Source: an uncultured Candidatus Saccharibacteria bacterium
GTDB lineage: Bacteria; Patescibacteriota; Minisyncoccia; Phycocordibacterales; UBA1550
DNA: 64,000 nt
Direction of reading: 5' to 3'
NCBI GenBank assembly: GCA_964457625.1
Contig: CAYWES010000002.1
Location: forward strand, 30,239 to 94,238
The position numbers and the translations under genes are program-made. Below the pieces are notes generated by a model. The model worked only from the letters and a program-made list of their open reading frames with translations, was not told the DNA's origin and did no database searches. Each line of letters opens with the position of its first letter. The stretch's first letter is position 1. Below, piece by piece: positions 28,482 through 36,930 of this stretch.

Positions 28482-29657
28482 ATGATGTATACTGTTTTCA
28501 TGATACGCAGATATTTTTTATTAGGGTTTTTCGCGCTCTCTTTGTGCGTTGGATTTGGGGCGCAAACATTCGCCCAGGAGCTCGTCCCCGATACGCAGAC
28601 AACAGTAAAGGCAAAAGTATTGAGTATTGAGCGGAGTGAGACGGAGATTCTCCCGGGGCTCGGTATTCGCTCGGATTATCAGATCCTCCTTGCAGAGATT
28701 CTTGAGGGGCGTGAAAAAGGCAAGGTCATCACGCTTGAGAATAATTTTATAAAACTCAAAGAAGGGGAGGTGATCTATGTACTCCACACGCAGAGTCACT
28801 TTGACGGAGCAGAGTACTACTCCGTATCGGAGCCGTATCGTCTCCCGTGGGTTGCTTTGTTTGTCGGGCTGTTCGTCATACTCATTGTAGTTTTTGGAGG
28901 ACTGCAAGGACTTCGTGGATTGATTGCCCTTGTGGGGAGCTTCCTCTGTATTTTTTATCTCCTCATTCCCGGCATTCTTCATGGATATTCGCCTGTTCTC
29001 ATGAGTATGGGAGTTGCTTCGGTGATTGTGGTTCTCGGCTCGTATATTACGCATGGGTTTAACAGGACGACGACGAGCGCGGTCTTTGGCATGATTGCTA
29101 CCATCGGTGTCACGGGGTTTCTCGCCATGCTCGCCGTCTCGTCTTCGCGTCTCACGGGACTCACGTCTGAAGAAGCGATTTATCTCAACTTCAACACTGG
29201 AGGAGGTGTCGATTTCGTAGGGCTTCTTTTGGGAGGGATGCTCATCGGTCTTTTGGGTGTTCTCTATGACGCCGCTATCGCGCAGGCTATCGCCGTGGAG
29301 GAGCTCTACAGCATCGGTGGAAATGTCTCAAAGACGGTTGTGTATAAAAAAGCACTTCGTATCGGAAGAGAGCACATCGGCGCGCTCGTGAATACCCTCG
29401 CTCTCGCCTATGTGGGTGTCGCGCTCCCGCTCCTGCTCTTCTTTGTACATTCTTCAAGCGCGGGAATAGGGGAGGTGCTCAATAGGGAGATTTTTGCGAG
29501 TGAGATTATTCGTACCGTCATAGGAAGCATGGGGCTCGTCCTTGCGATTCCGATCACGACATTCTTTGCGGTGAAGATGCTCGCACCCAAAGAAGGCTCT
29601 AAAGGGGAACAGAAAAAAGAGAGCAATTCGCCTCATACGCATAAACATACGGCATAA
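28482..29657 (+). CDS. YibE/F family membrane protein
   Basis: Polytopic membrane protein. NVSKTVVYKKALRIGREHIG resembles the conserved YibE/F segment. Confidence 0.55.
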   Translation: MMYTVFMIRRYFLLGFFALSLCVGFGAQTFAQELVPDTQTTVKAKVLSIERSETEILPGLGIRSDYQILLAEILEGREKGKVITLENNFIKLKEGEVIYVLHTQSHFDGAEYYSVSEPYRLPWVALFVGLFVILIVVFGGLQGLRGLIALVGSFLCIFYLLIPGILHGYSPVLMSMGVASVIVVLGSYITHGFNRTTTSAVFGMIATIGVTGFLAMLAVSSSRLTGLTSEEAIYLNFNTGGGVDFVGLLLGGMLIGLLGVLYDAAIAQAIAVEELYSIGGNVSKTVVYKKALRIGREHIGALVNTLALAYVGVALPLLLFFVHSSSAGIGEVLNREIFASEIIRTVIGSMGLVLAIPITTFFAVKMLAPKEGSKGEQKKESNSPHTHKHTA

Positions 29658-29698
29658 AACACCTCTGACAGGGAGGAGGGATGTTTTCATCGGGATTC

Positions 29699-29728
29699 TT
29701 GACAAATGCAACTCAGTTGCGTTAAGAT
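29699..29728 (+). promoter_or_regulatory. Putative fur promoter with an embedded inverted repeat GCAACT-c-AGTTGC
   Basis: TTGACA at 29699-29704. The perfect 6-1-6 inverted repeat at 29708-29720 sits in the spacer. TAAGAT follows, with the ATG at 29735. Confidence 0.35.
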
Positions 29729-29734
29729 GCCCCC

Positions 29735-30157
29735 ATGACGTCTCATGTCATCGCCACGCTTCGTGAAAGGGGGTATCGCATTACTCTCGTGAGGAAGGCG
29801 CTCGTTGATTTTCTGGAGACTCAGGACGCACCCGTTGCCGTACAGGCAATCATGGAAGGGCTTGTGGCGAAAAAGCTTTCGCCCAACAAGACGACGATCT
29901 ATCGAGAGCTTGAAGTGCTTGCTCGCGAAGGATTGCTCCGAGAGGTTTCCTTTGGAGGGAATCGTCGTCTCTATGAGCTTGCGGGTGATGACCACCATCA
30001 CCATGTGGTATGTGTGCAGTGCGAGGCGGTTCAAGATATTGAGCTCTCTCACGAAGCGAGTGCACAGAAATCTCTCGTAGAAAAGAAAACATCATTTAAA
30101 ATTTTTAATCACACCATGGACTTCTTTGGGCTCTGTGGAAAGTGCCAAGCGAGATAA
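29735..30157 (+). CDS. fur: Fur family transcriptional regulator (Fur/Zur/PerR)
   Basis: Winged-helix N-domain, HHHHVVCVQC and a C-terminal CxxC. Confidence 0.85.
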   Translation: MTSHVIATLRERGYRITLVRKALVDFLETQDAPVAVQAIMEGLVAKKLSPNKTTIYRELEVLAREGLLREVSFGGNRRLYELAGDDHHHHVVCVQCEAVQDIELSHEASAQKSLVEKKTSFKIFNHTMDFFGLCGKCQAR

Positions 30158-30170
30158 TACTTGAGAACAT

Positions 30171-31001
30171 ATGATCGTAGGATTTTTAGGAAAAGGAGGA
30201 TCAGGCAAGTCGACATTGAGTTCGTTCTTTGCAAAACACGCCCATGCGAAAGGGGCTCGCGTGCTTGCGCTTGATGCTGATCACAATATGGACCTCACCT
30301 ACAACCTTCATGGCAAGGAGCTTTCTGCGTATATTGGGCAAGGGCTTCAGGATGTTCTCACTCATGCGGGAGTTACTCAGTATCGAGATGTGTTTGACCT
30401 TGAGACACCGCCCGTATTTTCTTTGAGTCCCCGCGACCCTGTGACGGAGCGCTATACGCACGATATACAGGAGGGGCTCAGCATCATGTGCGCCGGTCCT
30501 CATACGGACAACATCCTCTATGATGATGCGTGTAGTCACTCTCTCGTGACACCGCTCAAAGTCTATCTCCCGCACCTCGTTCTCAATGAGAATGAACTTG
30601 TCGTGGTGGATGAAAAAGCCGGGACAGACAGCGTGGGGACAGGAGTCACCACCGGGTTTACGCTTGCGGTGGTTGTGGCGGAGCCTACGCCTCACGGTAT
30701 CAAAGCCGCTTCTCAGATTAGTGAGCTTCTCTCATTTTATGAAACTCCGCATGTGTTTGTATTAAACAAGGTTCGTGGAGATAAGGATCGCGCGTTGTTT
30801 GAAGAAATCATGGGACGCCTTCCTGACTACGAGGCTCCGTTTGCCGAGGAGGCATCGCGTATTGATGGCGAGGTTCCTTCATTCTATGCGCAAATCTTTG
30901 ATGATATTCATGCGCGTGCAAAGGAGGTTCCCGATGCGCGCCTTGAACGCTCAAAACAAAAGATTGAGAAGAATAAAAAATTCAAAGCAGACAAAGCATA
31001 A
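30171..31001 (+). CDS. P-loop ATPase, CooC/MinD/ParA-like
   Basis: Deviant Walker A motif (GKGGSGKST). Lies 14 nt downstream of fur and is probably co-transcribed. Confidence 0.6.
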   Translation: MIVGFLGKGGSGKSTLSSFFAKHAHAKGARVLALDADHNMDLTYNLHGKELSAYIGQGLQDVLTHAGVTQYRDVFDLETPPVFSLSPRDPVTERYTHDIQEGLSIMCAGPHTDNILYDDACSHSLVTPLKVYLPHLVLNENELVVVDEKAGTDSVGTGVTTGFTLAVVVAEPTPHGIKAASQISELLSFYETPHVFVLNKVRGDKDRALFEEIMGRLPDYEAPFAEEASRIDGEVPSFYAQIFDDIHARAKEVPDARLERSKQKIEKNKKFKADKA

Positions 31002-31098
31002 TATCGCCTTGAGTCGGTAATTACGTTGCCGTTTCAAGGTGGTATTATGTGCCACACTGTTCTTTAAATGTTTATCAACAACACCCAGGAGGTGTATC

Positions 31099-31755
31099 AT
31101 GAGTTTTGGAAAACGATCCCCGCTGTACCAACCCATTCGCTACAACAGTAGAACGAAACGGATCTTCAAGGAGTTGTATCCAGCCTTGAGAGAGAAAGAA
31201 ATACGTTCTCTCTTCAAGATACTGACGGCAAATTGTTCAATAGAGACGATCCTCTTTGTGGCGATACTGGATATGGTGTCGCGCTTTCCCGGGAAGTCGA
31301 CACCTGTAATGCTTTCCGCGGTCTTGAAAACCCACGCAGGGAAGGCGCAGACACAGGACATGGAAATCCTGCATGATGTACTCGTGGAGCTTCAGATGGC
31401 GGGAGAGAATTTCCGCAATCTGCAGAATTTTCTCCGCCAGAATTATGGAGGAGAATTTGTTTTCCTGCATAGTTGTGGAGGAGATTTTATCCCTACCCAT
31501 TTAGTCGATGCCTGGTATCTTTCCCGGCGCAAGGAGCAATCCATGCGTACGAGGCTCGATTGGATGGGGAGTGTGGCAAGAGGTGTTTCTCGTGAGTTTA
31601 TTCTCACGGAGACAACGATGTCTGCCGAGGAGCTTGAAACCATTGAGCGGATTACGCTCAATGCGAAAAAAGTTCTTGGGTTGAATTCTCCTAAAGTCAC
31701 TTCTCTTCTCTCCTCGTGGACTCAGTCTCTTCCTTCGTCCATTGCCGCAAGGTAA
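31099..31755 (+). CDS. Hypothetical protein
   Basis: SD sequence AGGAGG 7 nt upstream of the ATG at 31099. No recognisable family. Confidence 0.4.
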   Translation: MSFGKRSPLYQPIRYNSRTKRIFKELYPALREKEIRSLFKILTANCSIETILFVAILDMVSRFPGKSTPVMLSAVLKTHAGKAQTQDMEILHDVLVELQMAGENFRNLQNFLRQNYGGEFVFLHSCGGDFIPTHLVDAWYLSRRKEQSMRTRLDWMGSVARGVSREFILTETTMSAEELETIERITLNAKKVLGLNSPKVTSLLSSWTQSLPSSIAAR

Positions 31756-31835
31756 TGCATTACCTTTCAAAGCCTCGCAGTATACTGCGAGGCTTTCTCT
31801 TTGATAAAGAAGCGATTGTGCGCTAGTCTATATAC

Positions 31836-32492
31836 ATGACAACACGAACAACCCACATTGCATTTTGGTCTCTGGTGCTTCTGATGATAGCGTTTGGCGC
31901 ATGGGCGTATCCGATGCTTCCCGATCAAATTGCTTCACATTGGAATATCGCGGGTGAGGCGGATGGATTTATGGGGAAGTTTTGGGGCGTCCTTCTTTTC
32001 CCCCTCATGACCGCGGGGATAGGACTTCTCTTTGCGCTCATCCCCAAGATTGATCCTTTAAAGAAAAACATCGAGGGATTTAGGAAGACATACAATATAT
32101 TTTGGTTTTCCGTCGGACTCTTTATGGCGTATATGTTCACGCTGTCACTCGTATGGAATCTCGGAACGCCGTTTGATTTCAGTCTTGCGATTATTCCCGC
32201 GTTCGCGGTCTTTTTCTACGGCATTGGCGTAATCCTCGAGCGCTCAAAGCGAAATTGGTTTATGGGTATCCGTACGCCGTGGACGCTATCAAGCGATACG
32301 GTGTGGGAAAAGACACATCTTCTTGGCGCGAAGCTTTTTAAAATAGCAGGTATCGCCTCTCTCCTCGGACTCCTCTTTGAGGGTGGGTGGCGTTTCGTTG
32401 CGCTCATGGTTCCCCTTGCGTGTGCGGCGCTCATTCCTATTATCTATTCGTACGTCCTCTACCGACGAGAGGAGACAGATAACACTCAGTAG
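31836..32492 (+). CDS. SdpI/DUF1648 family membrane protein
   Basis: LPDQIASHWNIAGEADGF matches the DUF1648 signature (P..I..HWN..GE.D..GSK). Four TM helices. Confidence 0.55.
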   Translation: MTTRTTHIAFWSLVLLMIAFGAWAYPMLPDQIASHWNIAGEADGFMGKFWGVLLFPLMTAGIGLLFALIPKIDPLKKNIEGFRKTYNIFWFSVGLFMAYMFTLSLVWNLGTPFDFSLAIIPAFAVFFYGIGVILERSKRNWFMGIRTPWTLSSDTVWEKTHLLGAKLFKIAGIASLLGLLFEGGWRFVALMVPLACAALIPIIYSYVLYRREETDNTQ

Positions 32493-32503
32493 GAACATAT
32501 CGT

Positions 32504-33226
32504 ATGCATCGGTTCTTTATCAAAGCAGAAGATGTCGTGAATGATCGAGAGTTTCGTGTCGGTTCTTCGGAGCTCCTCAATCAATGGCGCAAGGTGCTTC
32601 GTTTTGAAATCGGTGAGAGGATTATTCTCCTTGATGGGTTTGGGCGCGAGTACAAGGGAGAGATTACGGAAATCACGAATCGGGAAATCATCGGCGCGGT
32701 GCATGAATCCTCTCCGGTGGATCGTGAGTCTCGCGTGGCTATTACGCTTGCGCAAAGTCTCTTGAAGCATGCGGACAAGTTTGAATGGGTTTTGCAAAAG
32801 GGGACGGAGCTCGGTGTTGTCGCGTTTTTGCCACTCATTACCGAGCGCACCGAGCGGACACATCCACCCAAGAGAGAGCGCTTGGAAAAGATTCTCACCG
32901 AAGCATCAGAGCAGTCAGGACGCACCGTCATTCCTCAGCTCCTTGAGGGACGCACGTATGAGGAGGTCGTTTCTTCCGAACAGCTCGTGCTCATACCTCA
33001 CCCCGACGGGGAAGAGTCATTTTCCGCGTTCAAGAAAAAGATTGGAACGTGTCCGCGTGAAGTAACTGTCTGCATCGGTCCCGAAGGAGGATTTTCTCCT
33101 GAAGAAATCGCTCTTGCGCGCACACAAGGAGCGCATGTCGTATCCGTGGGAGGAAGGGTGCTTCGCTCGGAAACCGCGGGCATCGTACTCGCCACACTCC
33201 TTAATGACTGGGCGGAAGAGTTTTAA
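32504..33226 (+). CDS. rsmE: 16S rRNA (uracil1498-N3)-methyltransferase RsmE
   Basis: PUA-like N-domain and SPOUT C-domain containing GPEGGFSPEEI. Confidence 0.85.
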   Translation: MHRFFIKAEDVVNDREFRVGSSELLNQWRKVLRFEIGERIILLDGFGREYKGEITEITNREIIGAVHESSPVDRESRVAITLAQSLLKHADKFEWVLQKGTELGVVAFLPLITERTERTHPPKRERLEKILTEASEQSGRTVIPQLLEGRTYEEVVSSEQLVLIPHPDGEESFSAFKKKIGTCPREVTVCIGPEGGFSPEEIALARTQGAHVVSVGGRVLRSETAGIVLATLLNDWAEEF

Positions 33227-33242
33227 AAAATAGAGAAGGTTT

Positions 33243-34607
33243 GTGTATAATGGGCGAAGCGATATGCGTCACGATATTCACGTTTGGATTATTGTAGGAT
33301 TGGTCATTCTCGGAGGAGCGGGATTTTATGTGTTGAAGTTTCAGCAGTCGCCGACGAGCTACGCGTATACCTTTTTCACCGAGCAGGGGGAGAATGAGAA
33401 AGAGCCGTTTCAGTATGGTGAGCGCACGACACTTTCCAATCCTGATTTTTACGAAGCGACACGGCAGGAGCTGATTCAGGAGAATATTGATTTTATTGAG
33501 GCGAACCTTTCGCTCATGGTGCTGAGGGTATATCAAGAAGGAGCCGTCACGCTTGAGGTCCCTATTCTCAGCAAAGGGCGCAAAGGTTCGTGGTGGGAGA
33601 CTCCGGCAGGGCTCTACAAGGTTGAATACAAGAGCAGAGACCATGCGTCTTCGTTTAGCCCTGTTCGTACGCCGTGGAACATTCAGTTTCAGGGAAATTT
33701 CTTTATCCACGGATGGCCCTCGTATGTTTCAAACGGACAGCCCGTAGACAGCACGTTTTCCGGTGGGTGTATTCGTCTTTCCAGCGAGGATGCTCAAAAG
33801 GTATACAACCTCGCCCTCCTCGGCATGCCCGTTCTCGTCTTTGAAGAAATCTCCGACGACACATACTCATATATACCTACGGTGCCTAATCTTTCCGCAA
33901 CGCAGTATCTCGCGGCAGACCTCAAAAATAATTATGTGTTTCTTGAAAAAGATTCCACAGCCGTCCATTCGTTTTCTCTGGTTACAAAATTTCTCACTGC
34001 GCTCGTCGTCACAGATCACACCAATATTGATAAGCTCATCACCGTCCCTCCTCAAGCACTCGTGCCCACCTGGAAGCCTCGCCTCATCCCCGGAGAGCGC
34101 TACAGTATCTATCAGCTTCTTTTCCCGCTTTTGATTGAGTCCTCAAACGAATCAGCACAGACGCTCGCATATGAGATAGGGGAGGAGCGTTTTGTGAATC
34201 TCATCAATCGCAAAGCGCAGGCGATAGGAATGTCTCATGCCGTTTTCGTGGATGCGTCGGGCGTTTCTCAGGAAAACAAAGGCACGCTGGAGGATGTGTT
34301 TAATCTCTCTCAATATCTCTACAACTATCGCAAGTTTATTTTGAATTTGAGTATTAATGTCGTTGATAACGGAGCATATGAGCCTGCCCTCTGGAAAGGA
34401 CTGGAGGTCTCAACACTCAGCACCATCCCCGGGTATGTGGGCGGGGTTGCGGGAGTGACCGAGGGAGGAAAGCAAGTCGGGTTTGCTGTCGTGGAGATTT
34501 CTTTTGGGGAAGTCGTGCGTCCCATTGTGGTCATTGCTTCAGGAAGTGCGGATGTTCTCAACGACCTTCGTAATATGATTGGATACGTCAGAGGGACGTA
34601 TCGGTAA
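33243..34607 (+). CDS. L,D-transpeptidase (YkuD) domain fused to a PBP5-like D-Ala-D-Ala carboxypeptidase domain
   Basis: N-terminal TM. YkuD catalytic motif HGWPSY...GGCIRL. The C-terminal domain carries an SxN-like motif (LIESSNESAQTLAYEIG) and an SLVTK segment. Confidence 0.75.
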   Translation: MYNGRSDMRHDIHVWIIVGLVILGGAGFYVLKFQQSPTSYAYTFFTEQGENEKEPFQYGERTTLSNPDFYEATRQELIQENIDFIEANLSLMVLRVYQEGAVTLEVPILSKGRKGSWWETPAGLYKVEYKSRDHASSFSPVRTPWNIQFQGNFFIHGWPSYVSNGQPVDSTFSGGCIRLSSEDAQKVYNLALLGMPVLVFEEISDDTYSYIPTVPNLSATQYLAADLKNNYVFLEKDSTAVHSFSLVTKFLTALVVTDHTNIDKLITVPPQALVPTWKPRLIPGERYSIYQLLFPLLIESSNESAQTLAYEIGEERFVNLINRKAQAIGMSHAVFVDASGVSQENKGTLEDVFNLSQYLYNYRKFILNLSINVVDNGAYEPALWKGLEVSTLSTIPGYVGGVAGVTEGGKQVGFAVVEISFGEVVRPIVVIASGSADVLNDLRNMIGYVRGTYR

Positions 34608-34624
34608 ACGCGCAAGATAAAAAT

Positions 34625-35224
34625 ATGCAAAAGAAACGCGTCGTTATCGTGCATGGGAGGAAAAGCAATCCGGAAGATTGCTGGTTCCCGTGGCTACGGA
34701 GAGAGCTTGAGGCGAGGGGCTTTGAAGTGGTGGTACCCGCACTTCCTCAGGCTGATCATCCTATGCGCGAGGTGTGGGTGCCGGCGATTTTAGAAGCGGT
34801 GGGGAAGATTGATGAGCATACGCTCTTTGTCGGACACAGTATCGGATGCCAAGCGATTTTGCGTATCATTGAAGAGCTTCCCGAGGGGCAAACGATAGCG
34901 GGGGCGGTGTTTGTGGGAGGATTCTTTGATCACGTGACGGGGCTTCGCGACGGAATCCCTGTGAAAAAGTATTACATCTCGTGGTTTGGTGAGTCACTCA
35001 ATATTGATGCGGTACGCGCGCGTATGAAAAAAAGCGTTGCGATTTTTTCTGACAATGATCCGTTTATTCCCCTTGATAACAAAGAAGGGTATCGCGAGAA
35101 GGTCGGATCGGAAATCGTGGTGCTCCATAATATGGGGCATTTTAACAAAACCCACGACGGCATCACCGAGCTTCCCCTTGTGCTGGAAAAGGTCTTGGAG
35201 ATTGCGGAGGAGCGTGTTGCGTAA
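34625..35224 (+). CDS. Alpha/beta serine hydrolase, YdeN/RBBP9-like
   Basis: IVHGRKSNPEDCWFPWL and the GHSIG nucleophile elbow. Confidence 0.7.
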   Translation: MQKKRVVIVHGRKSNPEDCWFPWLRRELEARGFEVVVPALPQADHPMREVWVPAILEAVGKIDEHTLFVGHSIGCQAILRIIEELPEGQTIAGAVFVGGFFDHVTGLRDGIPVKKYYISWFGESLNIDAVRARMKKSVAIFSDNDPFIPLDNKEGYREKVGSEIVVLHNMGHFNKTHDGITELPLVLEKVLEIAEERVA

Positions 35225-35260
35225 ACGGCGCTTTTTTGATACCCTGTGCGTACCAAATAT

Positions 35261-35333
35261 GCCACTTTAGCTCAGTTGGTAGAGCAACGCTTTTGTAAAG
35301 CGAAGGTCCCCAGTTCAAGTCTGGGAAGTGGCT
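35261..35333 (+). tRNA. tRNA-Thr (anticodon UGU)
   Basis: Hand-folded cloverleaf: perfect 7-bp acceptor stem GCCACTT/AAGTGGC, anticodon loop UUUGUAA, T-loop TTCAAGT, no encoded CCA. Confidence 0.85.
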
Positions 35334-35377
35334 CCCGTTCGCAAAACTCCCACCAAACATCTAATCTCCGCGAGACT

Positions 35378-35475
35378 CCGCAAGGTGTTTTCAACTGCAC
35401 GCATATTTTTCTGCTGAAAAATTGCTCCGCTCGGACCAGTCGTCCTGCGACGAGGCACTTGAAAACACCTTGTCT
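35378..35475 (+). other. Conserved structured intergenic element, copy B, enclosed by a 14-bp long-range stem
   Basis: CAAGGTGTTTTCAA (35381-35394) pairs perfectly with TTGAAAACACCTTG (35459-35472). These arms enclose the shared core and internal hairpins. Lies between tRNA-Thr and the serpin promoter module. Confidence 0.4.
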
Positions 35476-35532
35476 TCGTCTCCCTGAACTACATAGGGTT
35501 ACCCTATGTAGATACCCTATGTAGAAGAAAAA

Positions 35533-35567
35533 TTGACAATCCCACGGGGGGGGGGGGGTTTTATATA
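35533..35567 (+). promoter_or_regulatory. Promoter-like module: TTGACA, 23-nt spacer containing a G13 tract, then TATATA, immediately before the serpin ATG
   Basis: TTGACA at 35533-35538, G13 at 35546-35558, TATATA at 35562-35567, ATG at 35572. Confidence 0.45.
35546..35558. repeat. G13 homopolymer tract
   Basis: Thirteen consecutive G, read directly from the sequence. Confidence 0.95.
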
Positions 35568-35571
35568 TATC

Positions 35572-36852
35572 ATGTCACAAAAATCATTTCCCTGGGCTAA
35601 ATTATTCTTGAGCATCTTTTTGGTTTTGCTTGTTGCGGTTATCGGACGAGGTCTATGGGCGTATTACAAGGTTCAGGTTGTGGTACAAGAGGCGGTGCCC
35701 ACACCTCCTCTTGTACCACCTACCGCAAGCATCCCGAGTCATATCGTGGAAGCGCATACCACCTTTGGATTTAATGTTTTGAAATCTCTTGCCTCTACAT
35801 CTGAAGACAACATCTTTATCTCGCCATCAAGTATCGCGCTCGCGCTTTCTATGCTTTATAACGGCGCACGCGGTGCTACTCAGGATGCTATGGCAAAAAC
35901 TCTCGCTCTCGAGGGAATAGATCTCAAGACCCTGAATCAGGAAAGTTTGGGACTCATTAATACGCTCAATAATCCTGAGATGGGAGTTGAGCTTGCTATT
36001 GCAAATTCAGTTTGGGCGCGTGAAGGAGTGTCGTTTGAGAAAGACTTTCTTGATGGTGTCGTTCAGTACTTCCACGCAGAGCTTGCAACTCTTGATTTTA
36101 GAAATGAGCAGGCGGCTAACACGATTAATGCATGGGTGAATAAAAACACAAAAGGAAAAATCCCTGGAATCATTCAACCGCCTATTCCCGCAGACATGAT
36201 GATGTACCTCATTAATGCTGTGTACTTCAAGGGTTCGTGGACCACTCCTTTTGATAAGGGCGATACTCGTGTTGCGCAATTTACCAACGGAGACAAAACT
36301 GTACAACAGATCCCGTTTATGTATCGCGGGGGTTTTATGCCTTATTTCGAAACAGCGGATTTTCAGAGTGTCATGTTACCATATGGGCCGTCTGGCCAAC
36401 CTCCGCTCGTGAGCATGTATGTGTTTTTGCCCAAAAAGTCACTTGCGGATTTTGTATCCACCTTGGACAAAGCCGTGTGGGACATATGGATGAATTCATA
36501 AAGAGGGGAGAGGGGTACACTCTTGTTGCCTAAATTTAAGCTCGAATACGTGACGGAGCTTCGCCCTGTCCTCGGTATTCTTGGTATGGATATTGCGTTT
36601 ACGAATGGTGCTGACTTAGGAGGTCTTGCTCAAGGACTTTCTATCAGTAGTGTGCTACACAAAACATATGTTGATGTTAACGAAGAAGGTACGGAGGCTG
36701 CTGCCGTGACGGCTGTTAGTGTCGGGGCAACGTCTGTTAATCTCGACCCGCCAAAGGAATTTTATATGAATGTGAATCAGCCATTCTTTGTTGCGATTCG
36801 TGAGAACACAACGGGAGAGATTCTATTTACGGGACTTATTCAGAAGCCGTAA
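35572..36852 (+). pseudogene. Serpin (serine protease inhibitor) with an N-terminal membrane anchor, interrupted by one in-frame TAA at 36499-36501
   Basis: Serpin hallmarks: IFISPSSIALALSMLYNGARG, the hinge/reactive-centre loop GTEAAAVTAVSVGATS and the C-terminal NQPFFVAIRE. The two track ORFs (35533-36501 and 36523-36852) share one frame and are separated only by the TAA. Confidence 0.6.
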
Positions 36853-36930
36853 TAGACCTTGAATGGTGGGGGGCTATACACAAAAAACCATGGTAGCAAT
36901 GCCGTGGTTTTTTGTGTATGATGGTCCTAC

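Noticed and set aside
36499-36501. Alternative genetic code or stop-codon reassignment as the explanation for the in-frame TAA in the serpin
   Set aside because: TAA, TAG and TGA all terminate conserved genes at the expected lengths elsewhere in the window (for example ftsZ, gyrB, dnaE). The standard code applies. What remains is a nonsense mutation, a sequencing error or a split gene.
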